A stretch of 64,000 nucleotides of DNA from Candidatus Poribacteria bacterium (GTDB lineage Bacteria; Poribacteria; WGA-4E; WGA-3G), in the NCBI GenBank assembly GCA_963663765.2, contig CAXXUA010000015.1:96001-160000 (forward strand). The letters run 5' to 3'. Shown one piece after another: positions 9,751 to 19,936 of the stretch. The position numbers were made by a program, and so were the translations under genes. How positions within the stretch are numbered: position 1 is the stretch's first letter; each line of letters opens with the position of its first letter. The notes under the pieces are model-generated. The model saw only the letters and a program-made list of their open reading frames with translations, did no database searches and had not been told where the DNA came from.

Positions 9751-10644
9751 TTATTGCATATCTAAGTCAAAAAGTGTATCAGCCTGGGAGAGTAACCTTT
9801 GTGCGCGTGACTTTGCCAATGACGTCGCGGCTTCCTCTCCAGGATTCACATCATCTGGTGCGTCAATAATCTCTTGCAAAGATTTCTTGAAGAGTTCAAC
9901 ATCTTGTTTTGGATAAGCATAGTAACGTGCCAAATAGAATTTACTCATCAAGAACTTACCATCGTTTAACTCATCAACACGTTCAATGTGTTCTTTTGCT
10001 TTATCGGGGTCACCTCCAATAGCAGGTGACCGATCCCCATAATAGACAGCATAGAACAGATGTGCGCTGCCGAAATAGAATTTTTCATCTAATTCCAGGA
10101 CACGCCGCATCATCAATTCCACGCGATTGAGATCAATGATTTGCATAGGGTCATCCTTCTGCAAACTAATACCACGTGCAATTGAGTAAGCTGCCCAAAA
10201 CAACGGTTCTACATCCTTCTTTCTTAGTTGCTGAAGAGCAGTTTCAAACACATCTTTGTCAATAACTCTTCCTTTCTTGAAAATTTTGTTTGATTTTGCC
10301 AGTGCCTTGAAAGCATACATTTCTGAACGTTGATAGTGATAGATTGCTTGTTCACGCATCTTATCAGCGGTTTCAGTGTCACCTGCGAGTTCTGCTTCTT
10401 CCATTCTATCTTCGCGAAAACCACTGTATGATGAATGTGCACGAGCAGTTTTTACAATCAGAGACTTATTTCCTAATTTAGACAACCTTTCAAGTGTCTT
10501 TAAGTTTTTCTCAAGGGTGGTTTCGACCACCTCTAAGTTACTCTCCTGTTGAATTTTGGATAGTTTGCTTAAACCACATCCACCAAAAACGAAAGTTAAC
10601 AGGAGTAAAAGGACTAATCGCAAACAGATCGTCTTATATTTCAT
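9751..10644 (-). CDS. TRAP transporter TatT component (TPR-like lipoprotein)
   Basis: Lipobox FGGC; ELDEKFYFGSAHLF...GGDPDKAKEH motif; directly upstream of dctP. Confidence 0.82.
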   Translation of the reverse strand: MKYKTICLRLVLLLLLTFVFGGCGLSKLSKIQQESNLEVVETTLEKNLKTLERLSKLGNKSLIVKTARAHSSYSGFREDRMEEAELAGDTETADKMREQAIYHYQRSEMYAFKALAKSNKIFKKGRVIDKDVFETALQQLRKKDVEPLFWAAYSIARGISLQKDDPMQIIDLNRVELMMRRVLELDEKFYFGSAHLFYAVYYGDRSPAIGGDPDKAKEHIERVDELNDGKFLMSKFYLARYYAYPKQDVELFKKSLQEIIDAPDDVNPGEEAATSLAKSRAQRLLSQADTLFDLDMQ

Positions 10645-10765
10645 CAGATTATAATTACCTCCTATTTGGAAAAATGCTTGTTATTGAACATTGTCCGTTA
10701 ATGATAAAGATAAGAGAACGCAACCAAAATTTCTATAGTCAATGTATATATATATATATAATTCC

Positions 10766-11863
10766 TCATTGTTCCTTAGACATAAATGGCAGATCAACAA
10801 CAGTCGCGTTAACGCGTTCCATGGAAGTTTCAACTTGTACCTTACTACCGGGTTCTGTGACTACCATTCGGACGTATGCTAACGCAATCGGTTTAGAAAG
10901 TGTTGGAGAGTAAACAGAACTTGTTACCCAACCGATCTCTTTGTCTTCGTAAAAAATTGATGCGTTTTGTTGTATTGGTTTTTCTGCATCAATTACAAGC
11001 CCGCGTAACAATCGGTTCGGATGTCCACGATACTTCATTCTTGCTATTATCTCTTGTCCGATATAACACCCTTTTTCAAAGTCAATTGCATGTTCTAATT
11101 CTGCCTCAAGCGGTATGACAGAATCGGTTAGTTCAGCTCCGTATCTTGGAGTTCCCGCTTCAATCCGCAGCGTTTCAACTGTATCCCATCCGATAGGGAC
11201 GACACCATCTCTATCTGGTATTAAAATTTCCCATAGCCACTCCAATGCGTTTGCGGAAGTATATAGATGAAACCCACATTCACTAACTGAATTGGTTCGG
11301 ACACAACCTATCCATTGATTCTCAAGTTCACACGAACGTGAGTGGTATTCTGGTAATGTAGTGAGTTCTTCAATACTCAAAGCAGACTGTACAAGTTCAG
11401 GTGAATTCGGTCCGTAAACACCAATTGTTCCGACATTCTCAGTTACTACCGAAAGTTCTACGTCATCAGCAATAATATACTTGTCCAATTCCGCAAATAC
11501 TTGCCCTACGTTTTCAGGTGCAGTACTGACATAGATTTTGTCATTAAATACATAGACCTTCAAATCCCCTATGATTTTGCCGCGGTTTGTTAGCAGTGTC
11601 GAATAATTGCCCTCCCCAACCGCAAGGTTTTCGACATCGTTTGAGATGAGTCTATGCAAGTATTTCGCGCGGTCTTCCCCTGTCAAACACATGGTGCCAA
11701 GATATGATACATCTGCAATACCGACATCATTCCTCACAGCAGCATGTTCTGAAATGGGATCGGTAAACTTTGTTGGTAGTTTCCAATCTTGGTGTCGGAC
11801 ATCAAAGGTCGCGCCGAGTTTACTATGTATGCTATAAAGTGGTGTGGTTTTTATTCCTTTCAT
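10766..11863 (-). CDS. Folate-binding aminomethyltransferase family protein (GcvT/YgfZ-like)
   Basis: EHAAVRNDVGIADVS, LRIEAG, and the YgfZ-type KGCYIGQE motif. Confidence 0.88.
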   Translation of the reverse strand: MKGIKTTPLYSIHSKLGATFDVRHQDWKLPTKFTDPISEHAAVRNDVGIADVSYLGTMCLTGEDRAKYLHRLISNDVENLAVGEGNYSTLLTNRGKIIGDLKVYVFNDKIYVSTAPENVGQVFAELDKYIIADDVELSVVTENVGTIGVYGPNSPELVQSALSIEELTTLPEYHSRSCELENQWIGCVRTNSVSECGFHLYTSANALEWLWEILIPDRDGVVPIGWDTVETLRIEAGTPRYGAELTDSVIPLEAELEHAIDFEKGCYIGQEIIARMKYRGHPNRLLRGLVIDAEKPIQQNASIFYEDKEIGWVTSSVYSPTLSKPIALAYVRMVVTEPGSKVQVETSMERVNATVVDLPFMSKEQ

Positions 11864-11891
11864 ATTTTCCTCTATTTCCTTTACCACAAAA

Positions 11892-14800
11892 TCAAAACAT
11901 TCGTTCCAAACGCCAAATAAGTCTCGGAGTACGTTGTGAGGCTTCGACGCTGAGAGGAATGGCAATTTCAAATGATGTACTTACAGGTTGTGCGTCTCCA
12001 GGTGGAGTAATAAAAAATGCTGACCCAAAACCAATTGCGGTTTTAAAGTCGTTTAGTGAGAAATCGGCAAATATTTTTTCCTCATACCACCATATTCTTC
12101 CTGTATCCAGAAACACGGTTAATGCCCAACCCACATAAGTATCAGTAGATGGATCAATACGGATCTCATTGAAAAGTCTGTATTCTATGTTAAGTAAAAG
12201 CCGTCTATCTCCAGCAAATTCATTAGTATTGTAACCGCGTATGTTTGAGGATCCACCAAGAAAAAGTAAACGTTGCCTTGGTAAAGGGGAATCAGAATAA
12301 TCTCCTGAGAGACGGAAGTTCAACTGATGTGGTCCATAGAGCTGATTATACTTTACTAATTCTATGTTGTAAAAGTTATATATAAATTTACCACCAAGAA
12401 CTCCTCCAGCTTTTTCAAATCCAATGTGCCCTCTCAACCCTCGTTTTGTTCGTTCATTCGGCAGAATTAATAGATGACTTCCGACATTCTGTTGACGTTT
12501 GAACGTGGATTTTTTGTCACGCGTATCAAAAGTATAACCTATGGACATCGCTTTTAAATGTCCGGTATCAATTCTGGCATTTCCTCGTTTGATAAGATTC
12601 CGATCAAGATAACTCCAGTCCGTAGTTTTCTTCAAGTTCTCATGATCTTCCTGAGTGAATTGAATCCGCACCAATGATGATGTTCCATAGGATTGTGCCA
12701 TCCATATCTGTTCTCCCTGCCGTTGATAAAAATCATCATGAGCAGTGCCATAGAATGAAGCACCCAGATTGCTTTCAGCTGAACGGAGACGGTAAGCGTT
12801 CGTACTCAAATCAGTTAGTTTGAATAGACCAACACCTATTGCCAAAGGATAACGTTCAAAAAAACTCTTTTCAACGCCGAAACTATAGTTTAGAATTTTG
12901 CTGGAAAATCCACGACTGAATGACCCGAACAGTTGTTCAGCACCGGTATAGTGTGTGGTAAGTGATCCACCGACTCCGAGTAACAACCCATGCACACGAT
13001 TGTAGGCGAGTATAGGATACCATCCAGGATTAAAAAAATGTGTTTCTTCAATATCAACAACAAGTACGTTTTTACCACCTTCGCGTTGTACATACCAGTC
13101 ACGAACGGACTTAAAAACATCGTTATCTTTGCTAAGTTTCTTCTGAAAATTATTGATTTTGGTGCGTCCCATTGCATGATAATAAACACCTTCAGTACCA
13201 ATATCAAGTGCGGATGACAGTTCAGATTGTTGAATTCGACGATTGCCTGTAAAACGGATTTCATCTAAGGAACCTTCGTTGATGTTATACTGTAGCACGT
13301 CATTTTCAAACTGATGCGAAACCTTGACAAAAGGGAAACCACGATTTACATAAAAATCGTTTATCATCTGTTGTTTCAACTTTGCGTTTGACTCAGCTAT
13401 ATAGCCATCTGATAGGTCAACCCATCTTTTTATGAAAAGGGAAGGAAAATTCTTATTTCCGTTGATGGTTACCTCATTTGCAAACTTTACTGGAGCTTCG
13501 GTTAGAACGATTTGGAGCGTGACTTCCGTATCATCAGATAGTTCGCTGGCTTGTGAATTTTCCGCTTCAATAGCTGCCACTACAGTCTTCAATTGCACCT
13601 CCTCAAACAGGTCGGAGTGGTCTAATTCTGCAATCAGTTTTGTTATCTGTTCGTTTGAGATGGTATCTCCTACATTTATCGGAACTTGTTCTAACACTAC
13701 CTCGGTTGGTATTGTTGTGTTTCCCTCAACTTCAATTGCTGTAATTTTATACTTTTCAGATAGCCTATAAGTCTCTAATGAAGCATCTTTTGCCTTGACT
13801 AATTTGATTGATCCCATCGCCTCTTTCCAATGTGGCCACCACTGAAACTCCTCATCATATAGTGGTAACCAATAACTAAATTCTTGAAAAAGGACAGTGT
13901 TCAAATTATCAACATATTCTTCCTTATATTGTGCTTTGCGGTGCAAATTTAGAAGCCAAGTATCTGTCTCCTGTATTTTTTCATCCTTTCGAGGAACAGC
14001 AATTTCAAAACTCCAGTAATTGGTGTTTATTTTCGTTGCGACTTTTGCACCAGAATTCCAAGTATTATCCGCCTTAAACGATTTCGCAGAATCATCAAAT
14101 TCTTCTCGTTGAACACCATTGGGAGCATACCTATAATGCGGATATCCTACCGTATGAACATGTTGGTCAAAGAATCCACCAATAGGATTGACAATTAGGT
14201 GAAAGTAATCCTCCGTTTCTGGATTCATATCAATGAGGATTTCAATGCACTCATCTATCCAAATAGGTGAATCAAGTTGTGTTTGTGAAACACGTGGAAT
14301 GTGTGAATCCTGTATATACACCCTTGCACCGATATAAAGGTTTTCATCGTCCCACATCAAACTAACATCAGTTGGGTTCTCAGCTGTTTCTGTGCCTATA
14401 GGGTTTTGAAATGCTGACAAAGCAATTGATTCTAACCATGCCTTTTCGCTTAAATTACCGTCAATTTTAGGAGAGAACATAGTAAATGGAATAGGTCGTA
14501 CAAAGTCAGATACGGTTTCTTCCTGTGAATTTTCTGTATTATTTTCTTGTGGAGTGGTATTGATTCGCGGATTTTTTAGGATTTGAATAGTCTCTGTAGC
14601 AGTTAATCGCAGAAGCGGTCCACCGCCATTAATAGTGCCGGCATTATCTTCAATTTCTGCAGGTATACTAATAATATATTGTTGCTTTTCATTCGCTAAC
14701 TCAACATCTGCTGGGTAGTTTGTGGGTAACAATAAATCAATTTTTCCTCCAAGTGCAGTTAAATCCAGTGGCGCAGCAAGGTCATCAAGTACTGTGAGAT

Positions 14801-15446
14801 TGATTGATCCGTTATCAGTCTTTATCTCGTTTTGTCCTGGAGTCAACAGAATCTTACCATTAATGCGCCCCTTTTTCACATGCACTTGGTAAGTTCCTAA
14901 AGTCTCATCAAGTTCAATGTTTCCTGATTCTGTGGTAACTTTTATATTTCCACGGATATGATGCAGGAATACATCTCCATTTTTTACATTAAGTTGAACA
15001 GAGACATCGGGCGGTGTTTTAATTTCATAATTAAATTTAAGCTTTTCTTTAATTTCACGGGTGTCTTGGTATTCTACTTTACCCTTTGACAAATCTACTG
15101 GCAGCTGCGAACTTAACTGAAGTGTTCCATCTGTAATTTCACCGGATAATGATATGTTTTCAAGATATGATTTTGATAAGATTGGGTGTTGAACCAGAAC
15201 GTGTTTCTCAAGATTAACGCTAATTGTGTCTTTTTCCGCTTCCTTACTATCTAATGCGATTATTCTTATGTCTCCCGGTAAATCTGATTCCAGCTTAATT
15301 TTGTAAACATCAACAAAACTGAAGGTCTGCGTAGCAACTTTGGTGTCTGTGTTTTCATCATTTACTGCTTCTATAGACTGCACAGAGAAACACATTCCAA
15401 GCAGCATAAACCATAATAGCAAAAGATTATTTTCTATTTTAATCAT
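11892..15446 (-). CDS. Omp85/BamA-family outer-membrane protein with N-terminal DUF4097-like and CBM9-like domains plus POTRA domains
   Basis: C-terminal LGGSSNIRGY, FLDTG and terminal Phe. POTRA-like IEVEGNTTIP and IRFTGNRRI. CBM9-like PKIDGNLSEKAW...MWDDENLYIG...WSFEIAVP. Start uncertain (ORF opens at 15530). Confidence 0.82.
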   Translation of the reverse strand: MIKIENNLLLLWFMLLGMCFSVQSIEAVNDENTDTKVATQTFSFVDVYKIKLESDLPGDIRIIALDSKEAEKDTISVNLEKHVLVQHPILSKSYLENISLSGEITDGTLQLSSQLPVDLSKGKVEYQDTREIKEKLKFNYEIKTPPDVSVQLNVKNGDVFLHHIRGNIKVTTESGNIELDETLGTYQVHVKKGRINGKILLTPGQNEIKTDNGSINLTVLDDLAAPLDLTALGGKIDLLLPTNYPADVELANEKQQYIISIPAEIEDNAGTINGGGPLLRLTATETIQILKNPRINTTPQENNTENSQEETVSDFVRPIPFTMFSPKIDGNLSEKAWLESIALSAFQNPIGTETAENPTDVSLMWDDENLYIGARVYIQDSHIPRVSQTQLDSPIWIDECIEILIDMNPETEDYFHLIVNPIGGFFDQHVHTVGYPHYRYAPNGVQREEFDDSAKSFKADNTWNSGAKVATKINTNYWSFEIAVPRKDEKIQETDTWLLNLHRKAQYKEEYVDNLNTVLFQEFSYWLPLYDEEFQWWPHWKEAMGSIKLVKAKDASLETYRLSEKYKITAIEVEGNTTIPTEVVLEQVPINVGDTISNEQITKLIAELDHSDLFEEVQLKTVVAAIEAENSQASELSDDTEVTLQIVLTEAPVKFANEVTINGNKNFPSLFIKRWVDLSDGYIAESNAKLKQQMINDFYVNRGFPFVKVSHQFENDVLQYNINEGSLDEIRFTGNRRIQQSELSSALDIGTEGVYYHAMGRTKINNFQKKLSKDNDVFKSVRDWYVQREGGKNVLVVDIEETHFFNPGWYPILAYNRVHGLLLGVGGSLTTHYTGAEQLFGSFSRGFSSKILNYSFGVEKSFFERYPLAIGVGLFKLTDLSTNAYRLRSAESNLGASFYGTAHDDFYQRQGEQIWMAQSYGTSSLVRIQFTQEDHENLKKTTDWSYLDRNLIKRGNARIDTGHLKAMSIGYTFDTRDKKSTFKRQQNVGSHLLILPNERTKRGLRGHIGFEKAGGVLGGKFIYNFYNIELVKYNQLYGPHQLNFRLSGDYSDSPLPRQRLLFLGGSSNIRGYNTNEFAGDRRLLLNIEYRLFNEIRIDPSTDTYVGWALTVFLDTGRIWWYEEKIFADFSLNDFKTAIGFGSAFFITPPGDAQPVSTSFEIAIPLSVEASQRTPRLIWRLERMF

Positions 15447-15589
15447 AGATTTCTTGAATAAGTTGATTTGGATAGGGACATTAGAATGTAAATGTGAAAA
15501 AGGGGTTGATATGGAATTTAACAATATCACATAAAATTGTAGAGTATAATACAGAGACTCTAATTGAGCGCGCTTCTATTAAAAATGAC

Positions 15590-15618
15590 TTGACACTATT
15601 AACATATTACTTTATACT
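15590..15618 (+). promoter_or_regulatory. Putative sigma-70 promoter for the WG-repeat genes
   Basis: TTGACA-17 bp-TATACT. Confidence 0.6.
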
Positions 15619-15774
15619 TAATACAAAAGTCAAGTTGTTTGTTGGATTAGGATGTATATACTACTTAAATGTCGTCTCATTTTAAGTGGAATACTAATCA
15701 GAAAAGTTCAGTTTCAGAATTATACCTACTGCAATGTCCAATTATTTCTTGAATTAACCATTCATTGATAACAG

Positions 15775-16722
15775 ATGAACTACAGTATGTGGAAGTTTAA
15801 ATTTGGTTACATTGATAAAACCGGAAGTTTTGTCATTCCCCCCCGCTTTGATAAATTCTGTGACAACTTTAGTGAAGGATTAGCGGATGTAATGGTTGAT
15901 GACAAATTTGGCTTTATTGATAGAAATGGAGATTTTGTTATCCCCCCTCAATATGAGTGGGTACTTCCGTTTGCGCACGGCATAGCCGCGGTTTCCATAG
16001 AGGGGAAGTGCGGCTACATAGATAAATCGGGGACAATCGTTATACCGCCAATCTTTGAGAAGGTAGATGAGTTCTCCGATGGGCTTGCGTATGCCAAGAC
16101 TGCTACACAAGCGGGGTATATTGACCCTACTGGCGCGTGGGCATTAATCCCACCAGCAGATTATGAGGGATATCCCTTTTGCGACGGATTAGCCATAGTA
16201 TGTATCTGTGAAGAAGATGAACTGAACGAAGATGAATGTGTGGAAGAGTGCAACTGCGCATGTGAAGGATATATTGATAAAACCGGTGCGATAGCCATCC
16301 CGCCACAATTTAAAGAGGTAGACGATTTCTCTGAAGGTCTTGCACATGTTGAAACAGAGGACGGTGAGCATGTCTTTATTGATACGAAGGGAGACGTAGC
16401 ACTAAAATTTGATTTCGATTGTGATGTACTGTGGGATCACTCCTTTTCTGAAGGATTGGTTGCAGTAAGAATAGACGGTAAGTTTGGGTATGCCGATAAA
16501 ACTGGGAGGATTGTCATTGCTCCACAGTTTGATGAAGTTTATCAATTTACGGAAGGACTCGCTGGGGTTCGTACTGGTTCATGGTGGGGTTTCATTGACA
16601 AAACAGGAGAATGGGTGATTGAGCCGAAACCTTGGCACCCCTACAATTTTTTTGAGGGGTTGGCAGCTGTTGGAGTACGAGACTACAATATGAAAAAAAT
16701 TTATCCACAATCAAAAGCGTAA
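15775..16722 (+). CDS. WG (KWG)-repeat protein, copy 1
   Basis: Repeated FSEGLA...K(F/W)G(Y/F)IDKTG...VIPP units. Confidence 0.92.
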   Translation: MNYSMWKFKFGYIDKTGSFVIPPRFDKFCDNFSEGLADVMVDDKFGFIDRNGDFVIPPQYEWVLPFAHGIAAVSIEGKCGYIDKSGTIVIPPIFEKVDEFSDGLAYAKTATQAGYIDPTGAWALIPPADYEGYPFCDGLAIVCICEEDELNEDECVEECNCACEGYIDKTGAIAIPPQFKEVDDFSEGLAHVETEDGEHVFIDTKGDVALKFDFDCDVLWDHSFSEGLVAVRIDGKFGYADKTGRIVIAPQFDEVYQFTEGLAGVRTGSWWGFIDKTGEWVIEPKPWHPYNFFEGLAAVGVRDYNMKKIYPQSKA

Positions 16723-16747
16723 TTTATTGGGTAATCGTAAGGTAAAC

Positions 16748-17671
16748 ATGTCAAAATGGGGTTTCATTGATAAAACTGGGGATTTTGTTATTCCACCCTA
16801 CTTTGATAACTGCTGTTATAGATATAGTGAAGGATTAGCAGCGGTACAAGTTGATGGCAAATATGGCTTCATTGATAAAAACGGGGATTTTGCTATTCCG
16901 CCTCAATTTGAATGGACACAAACGTTTGCGTGCGGTAGAGCTGCCGTTTCCATAGTGGGAAAGTGCGGTTACATTGATAAATCGGGGACAATCGTTATAC
17001 CGCCAACCTTGAAGGAGGTAGATGCGTTTTCAGAGGGGCTTGCGTATGCGAAAACCGCTACACAAGAGGGGTATATTGACCCTACTGGCGCGTGGGCATT
17101 AATTACACCCTCACATTATTCTTGTGGGCATCCCTTTCGCGATGGATTAACCCAAGCAGAGTTTTGTGAAGAAGGTGAACTGAACGAAGATGAATGTGTG
17201 GAAGAGTGCAACTGGGCATGTGAAGGATATATTGATAAAACCGGTGCGGTAGCCATCCTGCCGCAATTTAAAGAGGCATTCAATTTTTCCGAGGGACTTG
17301 CCCATGTTGAAACAGAGGACGGTGAGTATGTCTTTATTGATACGAAGGGAGACGTAGCACTAAAATTTGATTTCGATTATGATACACTGTGGTGTCACTC
17401 CTTTTTAGAAGGATTGGTTGCAGTCAGAATAGACGGTCAATATGGGTATGCTGATAAAACGGGGAGGATTGTCATTGCCCCGCAGTTTGATAAAGTCTAT
17501 CGATTTACGGAAGGATTCGCTGGGGTTCGTACTGGTTCAAGGTGGGGTTTCATTGACAAAACAGGAGAATGGGTGATTGAGCCGAAACCTTGGCACCCCT
17601 TTGGCTTTTTTGAGGGGTTGGCAGCTGTTGCGGTACGAGACTACAATATGAAAAAAATTTATCCGCCATGA
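16748..17671 (+). CDS. WG (KWG)-repeat protein, copy 2 (last codons replaced by a MITE insertion)
   Basis: Tandem paralog of copy 1. Ends YPP-stop inside the MITE; the original ...CCACAATCAAAAGTGTAA tail resumes after 17817. Confidence 0.92.
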   Translation: MSKWGFIDKTGDFVIPPYFDNCCYRYSEGLAAVQVDGKYGFIDKNGDFAIPPQFEWTQTFACGRAAVSIVGKCGYIDKSGTIVIPPTLKEVDAFSEGLAYAKTATQEGYIDPTGAWALITPSHYSCGHPFRDGLTQAEFCEEGELNEDECVEECNWACEGYIDKTGAVAILPQFKEAFNFSEGLAHVETEDGEYVFIDTKGDVALKFDFDYDTLWCHSFLEGLVAVRIDGQYGYADKTGRIVIAPQFDKVYRFTEGFAGVRTGSRWGFIDKTGEWVIEPKPWHPFGFFEGLAAVAVRDYNMKKIYPP

Positions 17672-17817
17672 CTTACGCAAAAACGGTAGGCGTGCTTTGT
17701 AAGCGCGCTGGAAACCCATAAAAACGCTGATAATTGCATCATTTTCATCATAATTCTTGATTAAATCAAGAAAACTGCGTAAGTCCTGATTAAAACAAGA
17801 AAACTGCGTAAGTCCTG
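17667..17817. mobile_element. MITE family T3 (TIR CAGGACTTACGCA) with duplicated right end
   Basis: CATGACTTACGCA...TGCGTAAGTCCTG (right end present twice); flanks TCCGC/TCCAC approximate a 5-bp TSD; internal GTAGGCGTGCTTTGTAAGCGCGC hairpin. Confidence 0.85.
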
Positions 17818-17864
17818 TCCACAATCAAAAGTGTAATTTATTGGGTAATCGTGAAAGTAAAAAT

Positions 17865-17954
17865 ATGCCGAAATATTGCTACATTGATAAAAACGGCACT
17901 CTCGTTATCCCCTTCAGTTTGACCGTTGCGAATGTGTTAACATTACTCACATAA
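17865..17954 (+). pseudogene. Relic of a third WG-repeat gene
   Basis: Same upstream intergenic sequence as copy 2; MPKYCYIDKNGTLVIP then frameshift and stop. Confidence 0.65.
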
Positions 17955-18070
17955 TATGTTTGAATTGAGTAACCTACAATAAATATAATCGTTAACGTAC
18001 AGATAAGTAATAATATTTTATATAAAAGAGTACATCCCAACGTATTTGATGTCTCTGGAGTAAAATAGAT

Positions 18071-19114
18071 ATGTCCTATTCCCTGACAGAATATCGTTTC
18101 TCATTCGGTCCCTGGAATATACATGAGGGGGCAGACCCTTTTGGTCCTCCAGTGCGGGATGCCTTTAGCTTTGATGAAAAAGTTGACTTTTACCGAAAAC
18201 TCGGTTTTGTTGGCATACAATTTCATGATGATGATGTCGTGCCCGATATTGATGACAAGACCCACGCACAACTCATGTCCCGAGCCAAAGATGTAAAAAA
18301 ACTAATTGATAGTCACGGTCTAACTGCAGAAGTCATAGCACCACGTCTGTGGGAATCCCCAAAGACGATTGATGGTGCATTCACTTCAAATTCTAAAGAT
18401 GAAAGACATTACGCCATTGAACGTTCTAAACGGTGTGTAGACATTGCGAATGTACTTGAATGTAAAAATTTTGTGTTGTGGCTTGCCCGAGAAGGCACTT
18501 ATATACGTGAAACCAAGCACGCCGCAAATGCAGTCGGTCATATATTAGATGCAATTAATGTCCTACTTGACTATGATCCGGAGATTCGCATTTTGATTGA
18601 ACCGAAGCCGAATGAACCGATGGATATTGCTTATATCCCGACGATCGGTCATGCAATTGGTTTAGCTTATGCCAGCACAGACCCTGACCGTGTTGGTGGT
18701 TTGATTGAAAGCGCGCATGCTATCCTTGCAGGATTGGAACCTTCGGATGAAATGGGGTTTGCACTATACCATAAAAAACTTTGGAGTGTGCATCTTAATG
18801 ACCAGAACGGACTTAAATTTGATCAAGACAAAGCATTCGGTTCAGCGAATTTACGACGTGCTTTTAATCAAGTGCGAGTCCTTGAAGAAAACGGTTACGG
18901 TAAAAATGGAGAATTCGTTGGATTAGATGTTAAAGTGATGCGGACACAACCGCGCGAAATTTCTACAAAACATTTACTGAGCAGCCGCAAAACATTTCTT
19001 AACCTACTTGAAAAAGTACGGACATTAGACAAGAAAGTAGAACAGGAGTTTATCACAGCGAGAGATTACGAAGGTTTAGATTATTACATACTTGAACACC
19101 TACTCGGTGTATAA
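18071..19114 (+). CDS. xylA: Xylose isomerase-like protein (short class I type)
   Basis: FSFGPWN, FHDDD, EPKPNEP and HLNDQ...KFDQD metal-binding motifs. Confidence 0.82.
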   Translation: MSYSLTEYRFSFGPWNIHEGADPFGPPVRDAFSFDEKVDFYRKLGFVGIQFHDDDVVPDIDDKTHAQLMSRAKDVKKLIDSHGLTAEVIAPRLWESPKTIDGAFTSNSKDERHYAIERSKRCVDIANVLECKNFVLWLAREGTYIRETKHAANAVGHILDAINVLLDYDPEIRILIEPKPNEPMDIAYIPTIGHAIGLAYASTDPDRVGGLIESAHAILAGLEPSDEMGFALYHKKLWSVHLNDQNGLKFDQDKAFGSANLRRAFNQVRVLEENGYGKNGEFVGLDVKVMRTQPREISTKHLLSSRKTFLNLLEKVRTLDKKVEQEFITARDYEGLDYYILEHLLGV

Positions 19115-19168
19115 CTATTCCTAAATTATGCACTGAAACCGATCCTTCCTTTAATCAACTCAACCTAT

Positions 19169-19214
19169 TAACATGACACAAAGAACTATTTTAACATGAC
19201 ACAAAGAACTATTT
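19169..19214. repeat. 23-bp tandem duplication TAACATGACACAAAGAACTATTT x2
   Basis: Direct reading of the sequence upstream of the kinase gene. Confidence 0.85.
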
Positions 19215-19230
19215 AGGAAAGAACACACAC

Positions 19231-19899
19231 ATGAAATTGGACATGAAATCTTTATTTTATGACGAACCGTTATCTGAGGAGGTGACACCTTGTTACCGTT
19301 CAGTCGTCTTGGTCGGACCTCCGGGGGTCGGTAAGGGAACACAAGGAAAACTCCTCTCCAAAATCCCGGGGATTTTTCACATTTCCAGTGGTGATATGTT
19401 CCGGGAACTTGACGAAGAGTCCGAATTAGGTCAACTCTTCAATGAATATGCGACACGCGGTGCGTTAGTACCCGACGATATAACAGTCAAAACATGGCAG
19501 AAATATGTCAGAAAGAAAGTTGAACAAAAGATTTATAACCCAGCTACCGATTTACTCATACTTGACGGTATCCCCCGAAACATAGCACAGGTTGATCTAT
19601 TATCACCTTACATCAATGTTCTCATAGTTCTTTATATGGTTTGTGACGATCGCGAAGTTATGTTTAAACGAATTCAAGGCAGAGCCATCCAAGAAAAACG
19701 ACAAGACGATAAGGATGAATATGTTGTCCGTTATAGATGGGATTATTATAAGCGTTTTACCGAACCCATTATTGACTACTACCCACAAGACACAATTAGG
19801 ATTATTGACGCTGATGCTGTTCCTGCTGATGTGTTGCATCAAATATTAGGTGTTCTCGTTCCAATTCAGAAAAAGTGCTTTTCTCCACCTCTTGTTTAG
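19231..19899 (+). CDS. adk: Adenylate kinase / nucleoside monophosphate kinase
   Basis: P-loop GPPGVGKGTQ, HISSGDMFR, LVPD, ILDGIPR, short-lid RQDD. Confidence 0.8.
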   Translation: MKLDMKSLFYDEPLSEEVTPCYRSVVLVGPPGVGKGTQGKLLSKIPGIFHISSGDMFRELDEESELGQLFNEYATRGALVPDDITVKTWQKYVRKKVEQKIYNPATDLLILDGIPRNIAQVDLLSPYINVLIVLYMVCDDREVMFKRIQGRAIQEKRQDDKDEYVVRYRWDYYKRFTEPIIDYYPQDTIRIIDADAVPADVLHQILGVLVPIQKKCFSPPLV

Positions 19900-19936
19900 A
19901 ATGCCTTTATAGGAATCTTGTGCGTAAGCCATAATG

